Notes under the pieces: generated by a model
What the model was told of the DNA's origin: nothing
Database searches by the model: none
The model's input: the letters and a program-made list of their open reading frames with translations, nothing else
Translations under genes and position numbers: made by a program
Shown: positions 1 to 9,512 of the stretch, in pieces
Layout: every line of letters starts with the position of its first letter
Position numbering within the stretch: position 1 is the first letter of the stretch
Source of the DNA: Myxococcota bacterium
GTDB taxonomy: Bacteria; Myxococcota_A; SURF-8
Assembly: GCA_963674735.2 (NCBI GenBank)
Contig: CAXXQS010000002.1
Location: 64,001-128,000 of the forward strand
Direction: 5' to 3'
DNA length: 64,000 nucleotides

Positions 1-30
1 ATTCGTTGGATCCTTATTATCGGGGCGATC

Positions 31-492
31 GTGACACTGGCCATGCTGGGAAGCTGCTCGTCCGAATCGGACGCGGACGAAATCGCGAGAGTGTTGGCCG
101 ACCGACTCACGGATAATCTGCGCTTCGAAAACGGCGAACAGGTAGCCGGTGGCCCCCCCGCCTTTCACGAAGGTGAAGACTGGCCGCAGGTTGAATTCGT
201 CAACCCGCCTAATCTCACGGTTACGCTGGGCGATAGCTTCTTCGTGGATGTCAAGGCCGCCTACGATTTCCCCGAAGAGATCGATGGGGCCATGGTTTGG
301 GTACAGGGGGCAACGTCACACATCGATATTCGAGATTCGGTGGATGATGAAAGCCTGATCATGCGCTTGCAAGCCGAGCTTTTGCTTGATAAGGAACTAT
401 CCGGTCAAACCTTCGATCTGTACGTTTCCCTTTACAAAGGGCAAGAAACGGGACTTCACGAAACCTGGCGAATAACCATTCCCGATGAATAA
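31..492 (+). CDS. Hypothetical lipoprotein (true start may lie upstream of the window)
   Basis: 153-aa ORF with hydrophobic N-terminus and lipobox-like LGSC; the frame is open back to base 1. Confidence 0.6.
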   Translation: MTLAMLGSCSSESDADEIARVLADRLTDNLRFENGEQVAGGPPAFHEGEDWPQVEFVNPPNLTVTLGDSFFVDVKAAYDFPEEIDGAMVWVQGATSHIDIRDSVDDESLIMRLQAELLLDKELSGQTFDLYVSLYKGQETGLHETWRITIPDE

Positions 493-500
493 GGCTTCCA

Positions 501-733
501 CGCAGGTTCGAGCAGGTCTCTGACCTGCTCGCATAAGGAGAAAGGCGCAAAGCCTGGAGCCCGTCGGAGACGCGCTCCAACCCGGATGTGCATCCTCCGT
601 CGGAGCAGGGCTCCCGTCCTGCTCTGTTGGTTGTCTTCAAACAAGGCTCTTGCCTTGTTTCCTGCGGGGTCGGTCCGGGTGAAAAGATCAAGACAAACTT
701 GCGGAGCATGACAGAGCCATGCTCCTGCTTAAA
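501..733. repeat. 232-bp multi-hairpin direct repeat, copy 1
   Basis: Near-identical (about 6 differences) to 1321-1552; hairpins GAGCAGGTC-tct-GACCTGCTC, GGAGCAGGG...TCCTGCTCT, AAACAAGGC-tctt-GCCTTGTTT and GAGCATGAC-aga-GCCATGCTC. Confidence 0.95.
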
Positions 734-745
734 GGAGGAATATAC

Positions 746-1216
746 ATGACTTTCATTGGCTTTGTGGGAATGCTAATTTTTTACAACCTAGTATTCATGC
801 TAATTTACATGATATTACAATTTCCAGTAACGTATGTCCTTCTTCCATTGGCAATAAGGATCGGAGAAGATGGATCTGCCAAGCCTAGATCAAAGATATT
901 ATTAAAACTAATTTCCATTTTTAACTTCTTTTACAATACACATATTTTTGGAACATGGGCTGCCTTTCTATGCAGTTTTGTAATAGTGATTACTCGCAGC
1001 GACTCTGTTAGTTTTGATTTACTATATTATGTTATAGGATTTTTCTCTTGCGTTGGTGCACCTGGCTATATGGCATCTAAAGGAGAAAAAGAAGGTAATA
1101 GCTACAGCGAAGTTTGGTGCATTCTTTTCAGTGGCATTTCTTTTATTGTTTTTTCTATATTTCCCCAATATATTTGGATATTTGGGTGGATTTTAAACTA
1201 TACTATTTACAAATAG
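746..1216 (+). CDS. AT-rich hypothetical integral membrane protein (about 4 TM helices)
   Basis: AAGGAGG RBS at 732-738, ATG at 746; strongly hydrophobic segments; far more AT-rich than its flanks. Confidence 0.8.
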   Translation: MTFIGFVGMLIFYNLVFMLIYMILQFPVTYVLLPLAIRIGEDGSAKPRSKILLKLISIFNFFYNTHIFGTWAAFLCSFVIVITRSDSVSFDLLYYVIGFFSCVGAPGYMASKGEKEGNSYSEVWCILFSGISFIVFSIFPQYIWIFGWILNYTIYK

Positions 1217-1235
1217 ATGACGTGCCCTAAGCCAA

Positions 1236-1307
1236 GTAGGTCGGACAAATTCTTTGTCCGACATTATAATCTCCCTTTGTGTCGGACAGAAAATCTGTCC
1301 GACCTAC
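1236..1307. repeat. Inverted pair of GTAG-type REP elements (REPIN-like)
   Basis: GTAGGTCGGACAAA-ttc-TTTGTCCGACA (1236-1263) and the inverted copy TGTCGGACAGA-aaa-TCTGTCCGACCTAC (1280-1307). Confidence 0.8.
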
Positions 1308-1320
1308 AATCCTCGTCAAT

Positions 1321-1552
1321 CGCAGGTTCGAGCAGGTCTCTGACCTGCTCGCATAAGGAGAAAGGCGCAAAGTCTGGAGCCCGTCGGAGACGCGCTCCAA
1401 CCCGGATGTGCATCCTCCGTCGGAGCAGGGCTCCCGTCCTGCTCTGTTGGTTGTCTTCAAACAAGGCTCTTGCCTTGTTTCTTGCAGGGCCGGTCCGGGT
1501 GAAAATTCAAGACAAACTTGCGGAGCATGACAGAGCCATGCTCCTGCTTAAA
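1321..1552. repeat. 232-bp multi-hairpin direct repeat, copy 2
   Basis: Near-identical to 501-733. Confidence 0.95.
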
Positions 1553-1611
1553 ATCTGTCCAACCTACAATACTCGTCAATCATGACCCGGCCCCCCGTCG
1601 GCCTGCCTCAT

Positions 1612-2115
1612 CTACCCGCGTAGAAGTTTGCGGCAGCGGGTGCGTTCCTTGACCAGCAGGTGTTCGAGTTCCTGAATGCGGCTGCGCAAGCTGCGGTTTT
1701 CCTCGTGTAGATCGACCAGGTGTTTCATCAGGCGCAGTTGCAAGGCCTGGGAATCGGCACTCTCGTCCGGCGCGTCGGCGGGCGATTCGGCCAGCAGGGA
1801 CAGCTCGTCCAGAACATCCCCATCCAAAGACGCAGCGCTGGCCTCGCTTTCGTCGAAATCCGATGGTGCAGCGGCGGCAGGCAGGGCGGCCGAGGCTGCG
1901 CGCTTCAACTCCATGGACCCTTCGCCCGTCATCAGCCAGGTGGGATCGATGGCGAATTCCTCGATGATTTTGGTGAGCAGATCGGCGGGCGGGGTGCGTC
2001 CGGCCTTGTAATTCATGTAAGAACGGTAAGGAATGCCCAATTGTTCAGAGAACGCATTCCCTTTTAGGCCGAAATATTCCCGAATGATCTCAAGACGTTC
2101 TGAAAAAGTGCTCAT
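1612..2115 (-). CDS. XRE/CI-like helix-turn-helix transcriptional regulator with C-terminal coiled coil
   Basis: N-terminal FSERLEIIRE...FSEQLGI...NYKAGRTP...IDPTWLMTGEG is a typical XRE/phage-repressor HTH; C-terminal heptad LHEENRSLRSRIQELEHLL. Confidence 0.85.
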   Translation of the reverse strand: MSTFSERLEIIREYFGLKGNAFSEQLGIPYRSYMNYKAGRTPPADLLTKIIEEFAIDPTWLMTGEGSMELKRAASAALPAAAAPSDFDESEASAASLDGDVLDELSLLAESPADAPDESADSQALQLRLMKHLVDLHEENRSLRSRIQELEHLLVKERTRCRKLLRG

Positions 2116-2468
2116 CTATTCTCTTTTTTGCTTGACGACAATGCCTATTCGTGCAACTCTGGGGCTGTGGTTGATTGAAATATTGCATGATTAGGGTGAT
2201 TGCCATGATGTTTAACCGCAAGAACGAGCCAATTCCGCGCCACTTTTCGCCGGTGAAGAGTCCCAATCAGGTTGTATTCAGGCCTGCACATGCGTTCGAC
2301 TCGATTAAAGTGCTCATTCGTTCAATAAAACCGCTTCACATTGTTCCATACCTTCCGCATTTGGTCAACCCAAAGTTTCCGTTTGTGTCGTTTCACGATT
2401 CGATTGTGGCCCATCCGGGGTCAAGCCCGATTTGCATCGGCGGCCCCAACACCCGAAAGGAGGATGCC

Positions 2469-5003
2469 ATGCGTGCATCGAAAACCCTGCCCCGAAGAAG
2501 CAACGTGAGTCTGGCGACCACCGTGGCGTTGTTCGCGGTCCTGTTTATGATGGTGGTGTCCCTGACGATCCTCATCGGCATGCAGGCGGAAGCGGCCGAA
2601 TGGGGCGAAGTCGCCGTCAGTGGCGCGGCGCTGCTCATTCCCAAAAGCGGCGATCCCGCTCCGCGCGGCACGCAGGACGAGCGCAGCCTGTCGCCCTATT
2701 TCGTGGTGTTGGGCGACGACGTGGAAACCGACGCCCTGCCGCTCAAGCACACGGCCGCCGACGTGGTCATCAGCGGCGTCATCGCCGAGGTGACCGTCAC
2801 GCAGCTTTACGCCAACGACGGCGAGCAGACCCTGGAGGCGATTTACGTCTTTCCCGGTTCCACCCGCGCCGCCGTGCAGGCCATGCGCATGACCATCGGC
2901 GAGCGCCGCATCCAGGCGGACATCAAAAAACGCGCCCAGGCACGCCGTGAGTACGAACAGGCGCGGGCGGACGGCAAGACGGCCGCGCTGCTCGAACAGC
3001 AACGCCCCAACGTCTTTCAGATGAACGTGGCCAATATCCTGCCCGGCGATGAAATCAAGGTGGAGATGGTCTACACCGAGTTGCTGGTGCCGGAAGAGGG
3101 TATCTACGAATTCGTGTACCCGACCGTGGTCGGACCGCGCTACCACAACCAAAGCGCCGCCGACTCGGCCGAGAACGATCGCTGGATCGCCAGTCCCTAC
3201 CTGCCGGAAGGCGAGAAGACGCCCACCACCTTTGCGTTGAACGTCGATCTGCGCGCCGGGATGCCCTTGGCGCGACTGGCCTCGCCCAGCCACGACATCG
3301 AAGCGCGTTTCCACGATTCGAACTCGGCCAGTCTCAGCTTGCCGGAGACGGCGGGAGGCGGCAACAAGGATTTCGTGCTGCGTTACATGCTGGCCGGGGA
3401 TGCGATTCAGAGCGGGCTTTTACTCTATCCCGGCGAAAAGGAACATTTCTTCCTGATGATGATGGAGCCGCCCGAGCGGGTGGAGGCACGGGCCATCGTG
3501 CCGCGCGAGTATATCTTCATCATCGACATCAGCGGCTCGATGCACGGTTTCCCGCTCGATACCACCAAGGCGCTGATGCGCGATCTCTTCGGCTCGCTCA
3601 GCTCCCATGATTATTTCAACGTCATGCTGTTTGCCGGAAGCAACAGCGTCATGTCGCCGCATTCGCTCCCGGCCACGCCCGCCAACATCAACAAGGCCAT
3701 CGCCACCGTGGAGAACCAGCGGGGCGGAGGCGGAACCGAGCTGATCCCGGCGCTGAAACGCGCCCTGGCGCTACCGCAGAAGGAGGGCAGTTCGCGCACG
3801 GTGGTGATCGCCACCGATGGCTATGTCAGTGTGGAAAAGGACGCCTTCGAGTTGATCGCCAACAGCCTGGGCAACGCCAATCTGTTCGCCTTCGGCATCG
3901 GGTCGAGCGTCAACCGTTTCCTGATCGAGGGCATAGCGCGCGCCGGTCTGGGCGAACCCTTCGTGGTGCTCAAGCCTGAAGAAGCCAAGCGGCAGGCGGC
4001 GCGTTTCCGCGAGTACATCGCCTCGCCGGTGCTCACCGATATCCGGGTCGCATTCGACGGGGTGGAGGCCTACGACGTCGAGCCGGTGGCCTTGCCGGAT
4101 CTCTTCGCGCGTCGTCCGCTGGTGCTGTTCGGCAAATACAAGGGTGAGGCCGCCGGAACGATCCGCGTCACGGGCAGCACGGCCGACGGGCGTTTCGAAG
4201 CGGAGATGGAGTTGGAACAGGCCGATGCGTCGGTTGACAACCGTGCTTTGCGGCAATTGTGGGCGCGTAAACGCATCGAGCGCCTGGCCGACATGAACAA
4301 GCTGCAGCCCGACGACAAGCGGGTGGAGCAGGTTACCGAACTCGGCTTGGCCTATTCGCTGCTCACCGACTACACCTCTTTCGTGGCGGTCGATTCGGAA
4401 GTGCGCGGCGACGGGACGTTCCAGAGCGTCAAGCAGCCGTTACCCTTGCCGGAAGGCGTATCCAATCATGCCGTCGGCGCGGCGCTGGGACGTGCGAGCG
4501 CGGCTCCGGCGCTGAAAATGCGTGGCCGTAGCGGCGGTGCGGGATATGGCGGCGGTGGTTTGGGGACTGCAGGAGTTGCGCTGGAAGAAGCCGAAAAGAG
4601 CTGCGACGAGCTTTCCCAAACCGGGATGCCGGATAAGAAAGCGGAAGATCGTCGAGCCGTGAGCGAAAGCCGACCCAAGGCGCGTTTGTCGGTGGCGGCT
4701 ATCGAAGGACCGCTTTCGAAAGCGGCGGCGCTGAAGGTTTTGAAAAAGCAGCAGGCCACGCTCATGCGCTTCTATCGGAAAGAGCTGGCCAAGCTGCCGA
4801 ACCTCAAAGGCGACCTTAAGCTGCGTATCACCCTCGACGCCAAGGGCCGGGTGACGGCGGTCGCGCTGCTGAAGGCCGAGCAAAGCTGGCCCGAACTGGA
4901 GCGTTTCGCGATTCAATGGCTGAAGGCCATGCGCTTCCCGGCCGTGAACGCGAAAAGCGCCGCCGTTTCGGTTTTGACCTGCCGGGTGACGCTGAGTCCG
5001 TAA
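2469..5003 (+). CDS. Secreted/membrane-anchored VIT + von Willebrand A protein with C-terminal TonB-C/AgmX-like domain
   Basis: RBS GGAGG before ATG 2469; TM/signal segment; VIT motif (LEAIYVFP...ALLEQQRPNVFQMNVANI); vWA MIDAS DISGSM, GGGTE, TDG; C-terminal FYRKELAKLPNLKGDLKLRITLDAKGRV. Confidence 0.9.
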   Translation: MRASKTLPRRSNVSLATTVALFAVLFMMVVSLTILIGMQAEAAEWGEVAVSGAALLIPKSGDPAPRGTQDERSLSPYFVVLGDDVETDALPLKHTAADVVISGVIAEVTVTQLYANDGEQTLEAIYVFPGSTRAAVQAMRMTIGERRIQADIKKRAQARREYEQARADGKTAALLEQQRPNVFQMNVANILPGDEIKVEMVYTELLVPEEGIYEFVYPTVVGPRYHNQSAADSAENDRWIASPYLPEGEKTPTTFALNVDLRAGMPLARLASPSHDIEARFHDSNSASLSLPETAGGGNKDFVLRYMLAGDAIQSGLLLYPGEKEHFFLMMMEPPERVEARAIVPREYIFIIDISGSMHGFPLDTTKALMRDLFGSLSSHDYFNVMLFAGSNSVMSPHSLPATPANINKAIATVENQRGGGGTELIPALKRALALPQKEGSSRTVVIATDGYVSVEKDAFELIANSLGNANLFAFGIGSSVNRFLIEGIARAGLGEPFVVLKPEEAKRQAARFREYIASPVLTDIRVAFDGVEAYDVEPVALPDLFARRPLVLFGKYKGEAAGTIRVTGSTADGRFEAEMELEQADASVDNRALRQLWARKRIERLADMNKLQPDDKRVEQVTELGLAYSLLTDYTSFVAVDSEVRGDGTFQSVKQPLPLPEGVSNHAVGAALGRASAAPALKMRGRSGGAGYGGGGLGTAGVALEEAEKSCDELSQTGMPDKKAEDRRAVSESRPKARLSVAAIEGPLSKAAALKVLKKQQATLMRFYRKELAKLPNLKGDLKLRITLDAKGRVTAVALLKAEQSWPELERFAIQWLKAMRFPAVNAKSAAVSVLTCRVTLSP

Positions 5004-5087
5004 CCGAGTCGAGGCGCAAACGCGCTTAGCTGACAACTGTGTGATAGGCGGTCCGCCTGGGGGCGGGCCGCCGGAAAGGAGGACGCT

Positions 5088-6536
5088 ATGTCGGACGTCC
5101 AGCGGGAGCTTTATGCCAAATTCGAGGAAAAGAAACAAGCCGCCCGGCGCAAACCATTGCTCTACGACCTGAGCCCGATTCCCCGACAGCCTGTAAAACC
5201 GGACGCCGCGCGCCGCGTTCTGGAAGTCCGCGAAGTTCTGTGGGGCGATACCCTGCTTGATGTGCGCCACTCGCGCCGAACGACGCCCGTCACCTTGGGC
5301 GAAGGGGGCGATTGCACCTTTCGGTTGAGCCACGACGATCTGCCCGGCGACGGCTTTCCGCTCGTCACCCCCGACGGGCCGGGGACGGCCTGGCTGGCCT
5401 TTACGCCGTCCATGCAGGGAGTGGTTTTCGATAACGGGGCCGCCACCGACTTGACTCGTTTCATCGACACCGGCGAAGCGCAGGAATGGCGCGGCTTTTT
5501 CCGTCTGCGCTTGGATGCGTCGCGCGCGGCGCTGCTGCGTTTCGGCGGGTTGCAGTATTACATTCATTTCGTTTCGCCCGAAGCGATCCGGCGCGCGCCG
5601 TTCTGGCAGCGTATCGACGGCGTGATGAGTACTTTGATGGCCTTGTTTATTCTGGGCTATCTGCTGACTGCCACCTATCTGAAAATGCTGCCCGCCCCGG
5701 AAGTGGCGGATATCCTCGACGCCCCGCAGCGCTTTGCGCGGCTGGTCATTACCCCGCGCAGTCTGCCCGAGCCTCCGCCGCCCGAGACGCAACGCTTCGC
5801 CCCGACGCCCGCACCCCGCGCGGCGGGAGAAGAGGGACGCATCGGCGAAGACGACGCCTTGCTCGACAAGGCCGACGGCTCCGCCCGGCGACGGCTGGAG
5901 GACGAAAAGGTCGCCAACCACGCGGGCATCCTCGGTGCGTTGGATATGGGCCTGGAAGCCATGGATCGCCTGTTCGGCGGCGGCGGGCTGGGGGCCGGAC
6001 TCGATAAGGTGCTGGGCGAACTGGGACCGCTGTCGGGTCTCGACCAGCGCGGCGCGGGCGGTTTGGGCAGCCGAGGAGCGGGACAGTACGGCGGCGGCGA
6101 CGCGCTCGGCATCGGTGGCATCGGCACACGTGGACGTGGCGGCAAGCGGCACTCGACCTACGGCATCGAGGCGGCGAAGGATGGCGAGAAGCGGTCCGAT
6201 ATGGTGGTTTTGAAAACCGGCAAGCCCAGCTATGAAGGTTCGCTGGATAAGTCGATCATCGAGCGGGTGATGAAACGCTACTTCAATCAGTACCGCTACT
6301 GCTACCAACGCGAACTGAATAAAAACCCGACTCTTTACGGCAAGGTCACGGTCCGTTTCATCATTGCGCCGGACGGGGCGGTGTCGAGCGCCCGCGCGGC
6401 GGTGGACACGGTGGGCAACAGCCGCGTGAATGCCTGTGTGTTGCGTACCGCCAAACGCATGCTCTTTCCCCATCCCAAAAACGGGGGCCGCGTGGTGGTG
6501 ACCTATCCCTTCATCTTCCGTCCGACCGGTGGTTGA
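5088..6536 (+). CDS. AgmX/PglI C-terminal (TonB-C) domain protein, GltG-like
   Basis: N-terminal LEVREVLWGDTLLDVRH, one TM, Pro- and Gly-rich linker, C-terminal YCYQRELNKNPTLYGKVTVRFIIAPDG...FPHPKNGGRVVVTYPFIF. Confidence 0.85.
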   Translation: MSDVQRELYAKFEEKKQAARRKPLLYDLSPIPRQPVKPDAARRVLEVREVLWGDTLLDVRHSRRTTPVTLGEGGDCTFRLSHDDLPGDGFPLVTPDGPGTAWLAFTPSMQGVVFDNGAATDLTRFIDTGEAQEWRGFFRLRLDASRAALLRFGGLQYYIHFVSPEAIRRAPFWQRIDGVMSTLMALFILGYLLTATYLKMLPAPEVADILDAPQRFARLVITPRSLPEPPPPETQRFAPTPAPRAAGEEGRIGEDDALLDKADGSARRRLEDEKVANHAGILGALDMGLEAMDRLFGGGGLGAGLDKVLGELGPLSGLDQRGAGGLGSRGAGQYGGGDALGIGGIGTRGRGGKRHSTYGIEAAKDGEKRSDMVVLKTGKPSYEGSLDKSIIERVMKRYFNQYRYCYQRELNKNPTLYGKVTVRFIIAPDGAVSSARAAVDTVGNSRVNACVLRTAKRMLFPHPKNGGRVVVTYPFIFRPTGG

Positions 6537-6544
6537 TAGTGAAA

Positions 6545-6580
6545 CGGGGTGCGGCCGGATCGCGGTCGCACCCCGGTTTT
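6545..6580 (+). terminator. Probable intrinsic terminator
   Basis: CGGGGTGCGGCCG-gatcg-CGGTCGCACCCCG followed by GTTTT just after the stop at 6536. Confidence 0.65.
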
Positions 6581-6656
6581 ATCGTGAAAGACGAGAAAGA
6601 AAAAATCACATCGGAGGGTCTCTCCCGACAGTTGTCCCATCGGAAAGAAGCGGGAT

Positions 6657-6905
6657 TCAGCGGCGGCGCATCCGCCAGGCCATCAGCAGGCCGCTGCACG
6701 CCATGAACAGAAATCCCGCAGCCAAGAGCATCCCCACGTAAGGCGCGATGATTTCCCAATTGTGCAGGCCGAGCAGAAATTCCTTGGTGTCTTTTTCATA
6801 ACAGCCGGTTTTGCGAAACAGCAGGAAAAAGCCGGTCACGCCGGTGAGAATGAAAAAGGGAGAGAAAAGCAAACCGATACGCCGATGCCAAAGCCGAATC
6901 AACAT
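6657..6905 (-). CDS. Small PepSY-associated TM helix membrane protein
   Basis: MLIRLWHRRIGL...LTGVTG...LLGLHNW...SGLLM; ATG at 6905 with GGAG upstream. Confidence 0.75.
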   Translation of the reverse strand: MLIRLWHRRIGLLFSPFFILTGVTGFFLLFRKTGCYEKDTKEFLLGLHNWEIIAPYVGMLLAAGFLFMACSGLLMAWRMRRR

Positions 6906-6969
6906 GCCGCATTCCTCCTGGTACGAAATGGATCGAGACCCTAAGTTTAACACGAAACGCGTTCGCCAG

Positions 6970-8385
6970 CTAAAAACCGACGCGTCCCGATTGCAGCGGG
7001 ATTTTCGCAGGCGCGCGGCGCATGGCTGACTCGCTGTCCGCCTCGCCGTCTTCATCTCCGTCGATATCGCCGTCCGTATCGCCATTGCCGTGATCGCAGA
7101 TATAGGTGATGATCATGGTGTGGCAACCCGCATCCTGCCACCAGGAACCGTTGTCGTAAAGCACGCGGTCCACTTCGTAGCCGATTACGCTCACCTCATC
7201 CCATATTTCCAGGCTGCGCACCCAGAATTCCACCTGCTCCGAATAGGGAATGGCGTGTACGTTGATGAACGTGCCCTCGTCGATGTAGCAATTGCGCCAC
7301 CAGGCATAGTGGCCGTCCTGACCGACCGAACAAGCGGGATCGGCGTAATCGCCGCTGGTCACCAGGATGTCCGACATCATCGGCGGTTCGCTGTAGAACC
7401 ACTGGGATCGCACCACGCCGCGGTGGGTGCTGAGCGCCTCCGATTCCAGGGTGATGCGATAGCCGTCCCCCTGCAAGACCGGTTGCGGCATCTCGGGAAT
7501 TCCGTTTTCGCACAGGGGTCGCTCGCGCGTGGCCCGCCCGAACAAGGGCAGGTTTTGCTCGTCGCCGGTGGCCGTTTTCAGCCAGACGGACCCGCGTTCC
7601 TCGCCCTCCGCGGTGGGGTGATAAGCCACGCTGAATTCGAGGAATTGGCTGAAGGCCAGTTGGACGGGCGGGGCGGCGGACAGGTATTCAAGCGCAAAAG
7701 TCGCGGGTGTGTCGTCGCTCAAACCGAGCGAATCGACCATCACCGGCTGCTCGCCGAAATGATAACATGTGACGGGCAGATTGGACGTGTAGCCTTGGAT
7801 GGCGGCGGGAAAGCTCAGGTCGTCCGGGTTGCAGCGCAGCGGCTGCTCGCACGGACCCAAAGCCACAAGCGGAACCGCGATTGTCGGACAATTCCGCATG
7901 CCGCCGAGACGCAGATACAAACGACCGAAGCTGTGACAGCCGCAACCGCTGCCGGTGTCCGGATCCGGCGTGAACTGCAAGGTGGCGGCGATTTGCGCTC
8001 CCGCCTCCAATACCTGGCCGTCCAGATTTTCGAGCAATGAAAAGGTGCCGCAACGGTTATCTTCGGTTTCGACGAAAGCCTGGTCGATAAGGGCATCCGC
8101 CGTGCCGGGGTTGAGCAACTGCAATTGCAGGCTCCGGTCGCCATCCCGTGGATCGGTCGGGCTGAAATCGACTTTCTGCGGTTCCGCCTGCAGATCGATG
8201 GCGCAGACGTCGTCGGATTGGCAGACGCCGTCCACTTCATCGTAGCCGTCGTCGCACACGCACACGCCGCTTTCATCCGCGTGGCGGTTGGCCCCGCAGC
8301 CCGCATCGGGAACACCGCCGCAGGCCGACAGAAACGAAAAGGCGCTAAGCCATAGCAGCAGGGAGTTGGAAAAAGGCGAAATCAT
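6970..8385 (-). CDS. Cys-rich lipoprotein with EGF-like module and two Ig-like (choice-of-anchor D/ASH-like) domains
   Basis: Lipobox LSAC; CVCDDGY...C; two Ig-like repeats; acidic GDTDGDIDGDEDGE stretch near the C-terminus. Confidence 0.7.
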   Translation of the reverse strand: MISPFSNSLLLWLSAFSFLSACGGVPDAGCGANRHADESGVCVCDDGYDEVDGVCQSDDVCAIDLQAEPQKVDFSPTDPRDGDRSLQLQLLNPGTADALIDQAFVETEDNRCGTFSLLENLDGQVLEAGAQIAATLQFTPDPDTGSGCGCHSFGRLYLRLGGMRNCPTIAVPLVALGPCEQPLRCNPDDLSFPAAIQGYTSNLPVTCYHFGEQPVMVDSLGLSDDTPATFALEYLSAAPPVQLAFSQFLEFSVAYHPTAEGEERGSVWLKTATGDEQNLPLFGRATRERPLCENGIPEMPQPVLQGDGYRITLESEALSTHRGVVRSQWFYSEPPMMSDILVTSGDYADPACSVGQDGHYAWWRNCYIDEGTFINVHAIPYSEQVEFWVRSLEIWDEVSVIGYEVDRVLYDNGSWWQDAGCHTMIITYICDHGNGDTDGDIDGDEDGEADSESAMRRAPAKIPLQSGRVGF

Positions 8386-8453
8386 GACGACCTTGACTTC
8401 AAATGTTCAAGAATTATATATAACTCTAATGAAACAAAATGCAAGGTAAAGCT

Positions 8454-9512
8454 TCAGCGCAGATCCTCGACCACCGTGACCGGCTGGCCGTCCACCAGGC
8501 TGCGCTGCCCCATAACCACCAGGCGGTCGCCGGGCGCCAACCCCTCGGTAATGACGACCCGCGAGCCTTCCACCACGCCCAAGGCGACCTCGCGCCGCCG
8601 GGCCAAACCGTCGCGTTCGATGAAGACGCAGCGCATGCCTGTTTCCTCGATCACCACCTCTTGCGGAACGACGATCACGCCGTGGTGGGTTTTGACCACC
8701 AGACGCAGGACGGCCGCCATGCCCACCAGAATGCGGCGGTCGGCGTTTTTCACTTTCACCCGCAATTTAAAGGTGCGCGTCACCGGCTCGGAGGCGGGCA
8801 ACACCACTTCCACCTCGCCGGGAAAGGTTTCGCCCAGCGCCGGAATCAGCACCGATACCGGATCGCCTTTGCGAACGCGGTCCACCTGGCTTTCGGCCAA
8901 CTCGGCTTCGACGATGATGCGGCGGTAATCCACCACCTGGACGATCGGCGTTCCCGGTCCCAGATACTCGCCTTCTTCAACGAACTTCCGCGCGACCACT
9001 CCGCCGTTGGCGGCGCGCACCACGCTTTTGTTGAGATTGGCGCGGGCGATTTTAAGTTGGGATTCGGCTTGAATCACCTGCGCCTCGACTTCATCGATCT
9101 GCTGCTGGCTGATCAATTCTTCGCTGCGCAGGGTTTGCAGGCGAGCGAAGGTTTTTTGGGCGAGATTGAAAGCGGCTTGCGCCTGTTCAGACTGGGCTTT
9201 CAACATCTCGTAGTCGATGCGCGCCAGCACCTGACCGGCCTTCACCTCGTCGCCGAGATCGACGGCCAGCCGCTCCAGTTTGCCCGCCAGCTCGGCGCTG
9301 TAACGGATATCCATATCCGCCAACGTCCCTCCGCTGAGCGTGATCGTTTCGTCGAAATCGATGGCGGCGAGGGTTTGCACCTTCACGTTGATGGACTTCT
9401 TTTCCGCATCCGCGGCCGGTGCGGGCGGACTTTCCGAGTGGGCCGGATTGTCGCAGCCGCCCCCAACGTGTAAAAACAAGATAAACAGACTGATGAGTAC
9501 TATCCTGCGCAT
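8454..9512 (-). CDS. RND efflux periplasmic adaptor (membrane fusion protein)
   Basis: Lipoyl halves GDEVKAGQVLARID and GGVVARKFVEEGEY; PVTRTFKLRV; GLAPGDRLVVMG. Confidence 0.93.
   Translation of the reverse strand: MRRIVLISLFILFLHVGGGCDNPAHSESPPAPAADAEKKSINVKVQTLAAIDFDETITLSGGTLADMDIRYSAELAGKLERLAVDLGDEVKAGQVLARIDYEMLKAQSEQAQAAFNLAQKTFARLQTLRSEELISQQQIDEVEAQVIQAESQLKIARANLNKSVVRAANGGVVARKFVEEGEYLGPGTPIVQVVDYRRIIVEAELAESQVDRVRKGDPVSVLIPALGETFPGEVEVVLPASEPVTRTFKLRVKVKNADRRILVGMAAVLRLVVKTHHGVIVVPQEVVIEETGMRCVFIERDGLARRREVALGVVEGSRVVITEGLAPGDRLVVMGQRSLVDGQPVTVVEDLR

Noticed and set aside
501-1581. Integron cassette with attC sites
   Set aside because: No RYYYAAC/GTTRRRY box pair bounding one long hairpin and no integrase; the repeats look REP-like instead
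359-1585. Duplicated ORFs 359-709, 456-644, 1217-1585, 1227-1460 and 1264-1464
   Set aside because: Translations of the non-coding hairpin repeat; no RBS or protein-like features
2175-2468. N-terminal extensions in the ORF track (also 18499-18771, 52073-52171, 61800-61871)
   Set aside because: Better starts with an RBS lie downstream; the extensions are not protein-like
4440-6473. Long antisense ORFs (also 16316-17998, 47637-49532, 32000-33220, 60426-61763 and others)
   Set aside because: Shadow frames of well-supported genes in GC-rich DNA
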